From a virus (lineage: Duplodnaviria > Caudoviricetes): a stretch of DNA of 27,287 nucleotides. The notes beneath the pieces were generated by a model that worked only from the letters and a program-made list of their open reading frames with translations, did not search any database and was not told where the DNA came from. The stretch spans positions 1-27,287 of IMG/VR virus record IMGVR_UViG_3300010366_000056; one strand, given 5' to 3'. Position numbers and translations under genes: made by a program. Positions 23,228 to 27,287 of this stretch are shown piece after piece (the first letter of the stretch is position 1; every line of letters begins with the position of its first letter).

Positions 23228-25948
23228 TCATGGATTAGCCTCGAACGCGATGGAGCCTGCGGTAGAGTTATTGGCAAACAGTGTCGCTACGTTGCCCGCA
23301 ACCAATCCATTGGATACGCCAATGACTGTCCTACAAACCTGGGTAGTAGTAAAATCGGTGGTTATACTAGTCAATGCCAACGGACTAAAAGTAGCATTCA
23401 TTACCTGATATACTCCAACTGCACCATAAGTCACTGTCGGAGTAAGCGCAGGTGGGACTTGATAATGAGTTTGAAAGAAGCATTGAGTTGCTGCGGAACA
23501 TTGTCCTAGCGCCAATTGCGAGCTACCGTTTTCCCCGCCAACTTTCTGATAATACCGCAGACACCTTGCCAACTCATCTGCAGGATGCGTGGGGATGTAG
23601 TCAGCAGGAGTTGCAGCTTGAACAAGCATAGCGTTATCAACATATGCTGTACAAGAGCTAGTGAAATATACTCCTACCCAGACACTTATACACGAGGGTA
23701 CAATCGTTGCCGTAACCGTCAACGTCTGGTATTGCCCATTCCCGATATGATACGGCGAGAGATTTATAGTTGCATTCGTAGCATCAAAGATTGTAGCTCT
23801 AATTGCATTAGCGCTTGAAGTCTTTACACGAATGGAGAATGAGATAGTCCTGCCTGCGAAAAAATAGCCATCCCCTGTCTTGAGTACCTGAACATAGTAT
23901 GAGCCTCCCACATTTGCAGTATACGTACACGCTGCGCAAGAACCCAAGCTTCCATCAGAGTTAGCATTATCTCGACTGATAGAAAGTACGTCAGGAGTAC
24001 CAGATCCGTTATAGTAATTATTCCATCGATCTCCCGCAAACGTACCATATGCCGTAAACGGACCATTACCTCGTTGCCAGTTATCAATACTACCATTCGT
24101 CAAGAGATTGGGAGATGTACTCGGGATCACAGATCCTGGTAGCTTGCCTGTAGTCGGGTTCGTAGCAACTATAGTTCCAGGAGTAGCTACAGTATCACTA
24201 CTCGCATTGAATCCTTTGACTGTGTTAGCGTCTCCCAGCACTACACCGTAAAGATAGTTGATAACAACTCTGGTCAGACCATCAAAAGCATCCGCAAACG
24301 TAATAACATTACCAGAGATAGTGTAATGTCCATCTTGCGCTGACTGAAGTACACCATCTCGGAATACAGATGCTAGAGTCTGTGGCGTCTGACTCAGGGT
24401 AACCGTGGTAGCCGCGTTAGCAGGAACAAACTCCTCATGGAAGACTGTACTGGTTGGCATGATCGCCAACGGCAAGTGTGCAGTTCCATCTACGGCTACG
24501 AGAGCATTGGCTTGAGGAGTGCTGGCAGGCACAGCGGGGATATTGTTGACTGTGCTGGCATTCCCAGAGCCAAAGTTCTGGCTCCAGGTAACGATAACAT
24601 GCTCTCCCGCAACAAAGGCATCAGAGAACGTTACTGTCGTAGTGCCAGAGTTCCAGGTCCAGTCACCAAGAGAAGTTGATTGGGTAACACCGTTCCGCAC
24701 TACACCCAGGATCATACCTGGCACTGACATCAGAGTAACTGTCGTAGCCGCTGCTGGAGGATCGAACTCCTGATAGTAGGGTGCCGCGCCAGGAACAAAC
24801 GAGTTGACTTGATAGTAGACTACCGAGATATCATCACTAACCAGGGCTGTTGTGAAAGTGACGATCGTCCCAGCTACGGTGTAGTCTGTGCCAGAGCGTT
24901 CCTCCAGGCCGTTCTTGCTTACGGACATAATGGTATCGGCGGGCATACTCAGGGTGACTGTTGTTCCAGATACGCCTAGGAACTGGTCTCGTCGTACAAT
25001 ACCAGAGCCAAATGTGATAGCTACTGATCCGCTACCCTGGTCCGTGAGAGACCCATTGGGGAACGTCAACACTTTGGCCCCAACTACGTCAGGAGCACCG
25101 TCAACTTCTTTGACTTCCAGTGTTGGCGGGAATACAATCTCAGCTACTCCACTGCCTCTATCAATCAGAGCGCCATTGGGAACCTGGATTGTATTTACAC
25201 CATTGACGGTAGGGGCTAAGTCTACCTCGCGTACCGTAAACGGGAACGTTACTCCTACAACCTGCCCGCCAAGATCAGTTAGGCTACCATTGGGAAACTG
25301 TAGCGCTCGGGTGCCTACAACGTCTGGAGTGCCGTCGACCTCCTTGACCTCCAGACCGCCTCCGCCAATACCGCCAGTACGTATGCTGGCTGTGACTGTA
25401 TTAGAGGCATCTGGCGCAGTCAAAGAGTAGGCAAACGACCCAGGTACCACTATTGCGCTACCGCTGGCGTAATATTGTCCTGCGACGGTCTGTAGATACT
25501 GTCCCCGCAAGGTACCGCCAGCAACCTTGACGATAGCTGTCCCAGAGAGTGTGACCCTGCCAATAGCTCCCGTGGCAATGTTCTCGGCGACCACCATTAC
25601 ACGAGAGCCATCTATCCCACTGACGTTAGGCTGAATAAAGGCCATGTCCGCGCTAGGATCTGTGATCACCACATCACCAGCTACTCTTGCCGAGCCAGTG
25701 TTGTTCTTGAACAGTGCCACAGAGCCCTTATCAGCTACAATGCCGTTCTGGAACTCCCATCTACCAGTGATAATCTCATCCTGGTTGTACTCGGTCATGT
25801 TGTCCGCGATCGTGCCTTGAGCGTTATCTGTATCGCGAACAATACCCGTGATGTTGAATGTCCGCCCTGGAGGTCCAACAGGATACGTGACGTTGTAGAC
25901 GTCTGTCGGATCTGGCAGCGGGAAGCCTTTACGTGTGGTAGTCCTCAT
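23228..25948 (-). CDS. Multi-domain baseplate-attached tail fibre (hub) protein
   Basis: N-terminal anchor MRTTTRKGFPLPDPTD; three repeats of about 39 aa (V.EVD..P.V.G....FPNG.L.D.G); three beta-sandwich repeats of about 60 aa (F....TTVTL.....V.+NG......DY/WT...TF); C-terminal CBM-like module, ELARCLRYY, FEANP. Confidence 0.85.
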   Translation of the reverse strand: MRTTTRKGFPLPDPTDVYNVTYPVGPPGRTFNITGIVRDTDNAQGTIADNMTEYNQDEIITGRWEFQNGIVADKGSVALFKNNTGSARVAGDVVITDPSADMAFIQPNVSGIDGSRVMVVAENIATGAIGRVTLSGTAIVKVAGGTLRGQYLQTVAGQYYASGSAIVVPGSFAYSLTAPDASNTVTASIRTGGIGGGGLEVKEVDGTPDVVGTRALQFPNGSLTDLGGQVVGVTFPFTVREVDLAPTVNGVNTIQVPNGALIDRGSGVAEIVFPPTLEVKEVDGAPDVVGAKVLTFPNGSLTDQGSGSVAITFGSGIVRRDQFLGVSGTTVTLSMPADTIMSVSKNGLEERSGTDYTVAGTIVTFTTALVSDDISVVYYQVNSFVPGAAPYYQEFDPPAAATTVTLMSVPGMILGVVRNGVTQSTSLGDWTWNSGTTTVTFSDAFVAGEHVIVTWSQNFGSGNASTVNNIPAVPASTPQANALVAVDGTAHLPLAIMPTSTVFHEEFVPANAATTVTLSQTPQTLASVFRDGVLQSAQDGHYTISGNVITFADAFDGLTRVVINYLYGVVLGDANTVKGFNASSDTVATPGTIVATNPTTGKLPGSVIPSTSPNLLTNGSIDNWQRGNGPFTAYGTFAGDRWNNYYNGSGTPDVLSISRDNANSDGSLGSCAACTYTANVGGSYYVQVLKTGDGYFFAGRTISFSIRVKTSSANAIRATIFDATNATINLSPYHIGNGQYQTLTVTATIVPSCISVWVGVYFTSSCTAYVDNAMLVQAATPADYIPTHPADELARCLRYYQKVGGENGSSQLALGQCSAATQCFFQTHYQVPPALTPTVTYGAVGVYQVMNATFSPLALTSITTDFTTTQVCRTVIGVSNGLVAGNVATLFANNSTAGSIAFEANP

Positions 25949-26580
25949 GCTACATTACTCCAATCGGCATTACCAAGATTCTGCCAGTCCTTATCATGTG
26001 TAAGATCGGTGGCTAGTGTCTTCCAGTCTGCTTCTGTTTGGATAAGCTGCCACCCCAGATGTGCAGGTTTCGCGGCCTCGATAGCCGCCTGGAGATTAGC
26101 CAGTACCTGAGGAGGGGTCACGCCAGCCGCAGGTCGGATAATCCTTACATCAAAGGTGTATGTCGAGATGTGTGGTACGACCGCAGCCTGGATGACAAAG
26201 TACTCAGCGACACTCTTGATATACTGTGGCGTCGGACTAAGTCCTCGCTGCTGCATCCGTTGGACAAGATAGTCTCGCCTATAGCTATCAGGGATGGTGG
26301 TGTCGTTGGGTATGCCAAGCATATCCTCCCACCAGCCCAGATATGGCTCAAAGGTCTCTCTAGCCAACCATGCCGCGAGTACACCCTCATGGCTATACAG
26401 CCAGTCACCATGCAGAACATTGGTAAGGTCTTCAGCCGACTCATAGTGCAGCCAGCGATCGAACTGATCAAGCTCTCCCTGCCAACTATACAGCATCTGC
26501 TGGATATAGTCATCACTACGATACCACGGCTGGATATTGTCGAAGTACCGTATAGTGCTGATGGGAACAGGGATAGCCAT
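25945..26580 (-). CDS. Baseplate wedge protein, DUF2313/YmfQ (Mu gp48-like)
   Basis: L.WWE..LGIP.......RR and IEAAKPAHL motifs; follows baseplate J; start ATG 26580 in a TGATG overlap. Confidence 0.88.
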   Translation of the reverse strand: MAIPVPISTIRYFDNIQPWYRSDDYIQQMLYSWQGELDQFDRWLHYESAEDLTNVLHGDWLYSHEGVLAAWLARETFEPYLGWWEDMLGIPNDTTIPDSYRRDYLVQRMQQRGLSPTPQYIKSVAEYFVIQAAVVPHISTYTFDVRIIRPAAGVTPPQVLANLQAAIEAAKPAHLGWQLIQTEADWKTLATDLTHDKDWQNLGNADWSNVA

Positions 26581-27287
26581 CAGGGTGTCACCGTAATCGT
26601 ACCTGGGGTAACCTTGGCTGTTCCAGGAATGACAATATTGGCTTGTGTCCAAGTCCCACTGGTGGTGAGTTTGATACCATGACCAGCGCTCAGGATATCG
26701 TAGTCACTCACACTGGCTCGGTAGTAGGCTGGCTCGGCTGGATCGTACAGTATCACATGCTGTACCTGGGTGAACAACACATCATCGCCAACATTGAGAT
26801 CGAACAGGTAGTTGCTGATGGCTGCCTGTACTTCATTCACGGTTGCCGCCGTGTTGAAGCCTGGAGTTACGTAGATCTTCACGCTGACGTCAACCTGTGT
26901 GACCGTCGCGGCTACGACAGTTACCTGGGCACCGATAGGAGCTACGCCTCCGCCTTGACCAGCCGCATTAGGATCGATGTATTGCTGGACTGCGGCAATA
27001 GTGGCAGCACCAGGGACAGTACCATCGGCGTTCATGATAACTACCTTGACAGTGCCGTTTCCGTTCCAAAGAGGAACAACAGATACGTCACCAATACTGG
27101 TACCAGGAGTTTCTTTGGCCCATCGCTGGTAATCCACGACGTTACCGCCGCTTGACGGACTGCGAACGGTGAGGAGAAAACGACTGAGTAGTTGCGCATC
27201 AGTCTCTCGATCTAAGCCACTGGTAAAGGCAATAGGATTTGTAACTCCCTGGACAAACTGCGTCGCACTAGCCATGATGTTGATAGC
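26580..27287 (-). CDS. Baseplate J-like protein (C-terminal part; 5' end outside the window)
   Basis: G.DRETD..L..R, GGN..DY..WA, V.PLWNGNGTVKV, APIGA.VTV; frame open to the window edge. Confidence 0.95.
   Translation of the reverse strand, partial: AINIMASATQFVQGVTNPIAFTSGLDRETDAQLLSRFLLTVRSPSSGGNVVDYQRWAKETPGTSIGDVSVVPLWNGNGTVKVVIMNADGTVPGAATIAAVQQYIDPNAAGQGGGVAPIGAQVTVVAATVTQVDVSVKIYVTPGFNTAATVNEVQAAISNYLFDLNVGDDVLFTQVQHVILYDPAEPAYYRASVSDYDILSAGHGIKLTTSGTWTQANIVIPGTAKVTPGTITVTP

Larger units (their letters stand above)
1..27287. mobile_element. Phage/prophage genome segment (myovirus-like): replication and DNA-modification module plus baseplate/tail fibre module
   Basis: Baseplate J, DUF2313-like, tail fibre/RBP genes, phage-type initiator, helicase, primase, SSB, DnaE and RecA; dense overlapping gene junctions (ATGA/TGATG); no host housekeeping operons. 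Confidence 0.95.

Noticed and set aside
20745-25948. Diversity-generating retroelement or shufflon acting on the RBP paralogues
   Set aside because: No reverse transcriptase or invertase in the window, no near-identical TR/VR pair differing at adenines seen, and all paralogues are co-oriented
26581-26652. Longer start for the DUF2313-like gene
   Set aside because: Would overlap baseplate J by 72 nt; the TGATG junction at 26578-26582 gives the natural start

Overview
This window is a fragment of a tailed dsDNA phage or prophage with a contractile-tail baseplate (baseplate J plus a DUF2313/YmfQ-like gene). The host cannot be determined; Actinomycetota or Chloroflexota is only a guess. Positions 1-15090 (minus strand) form a self-contained replication module: HTH initiator, DnaB-like helicase, DnaG-like primase, gp32-like SSB, DnaE polymerase and a truncated RecA-like recombinase that the ORF track missed. 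Embedded in it is a tightly coupled putative DNA-hypermodification operon: Nmad1/DUF1599, a DNPH1/Rcl-like nucleotide N-glycosidase, a T4 alpha-glucosyltransferase-like GT-B enzyme, a radical SAM/SPASM enzyme and a 5-hmdU DNA kinase (aGPT-PPlase1)-like protein, followed by a secreted Rpf-like transglycosylase. Positions 15235-17897 (plus strand) hold an SF2 helicase and three small genes. Positions 17993-27287 (minus strand) are the end of the structural module: baseplate, a multi-domain tail fibre hub, three further receptor-binding proteins and small membrane proteins. Non-coding structure read directly from the sequence: two single genes each bracketed by long-range complementary arms (3480-3515/4055-4082 and 17387-17399/17905-17917), a GGGGTGGC..ACTAC repeat family in and around the initiator gene, and a recurring (TG)cTATACT/TACAAT promoter motif. 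All family calls come from motif recognition by eye, not from database searches.
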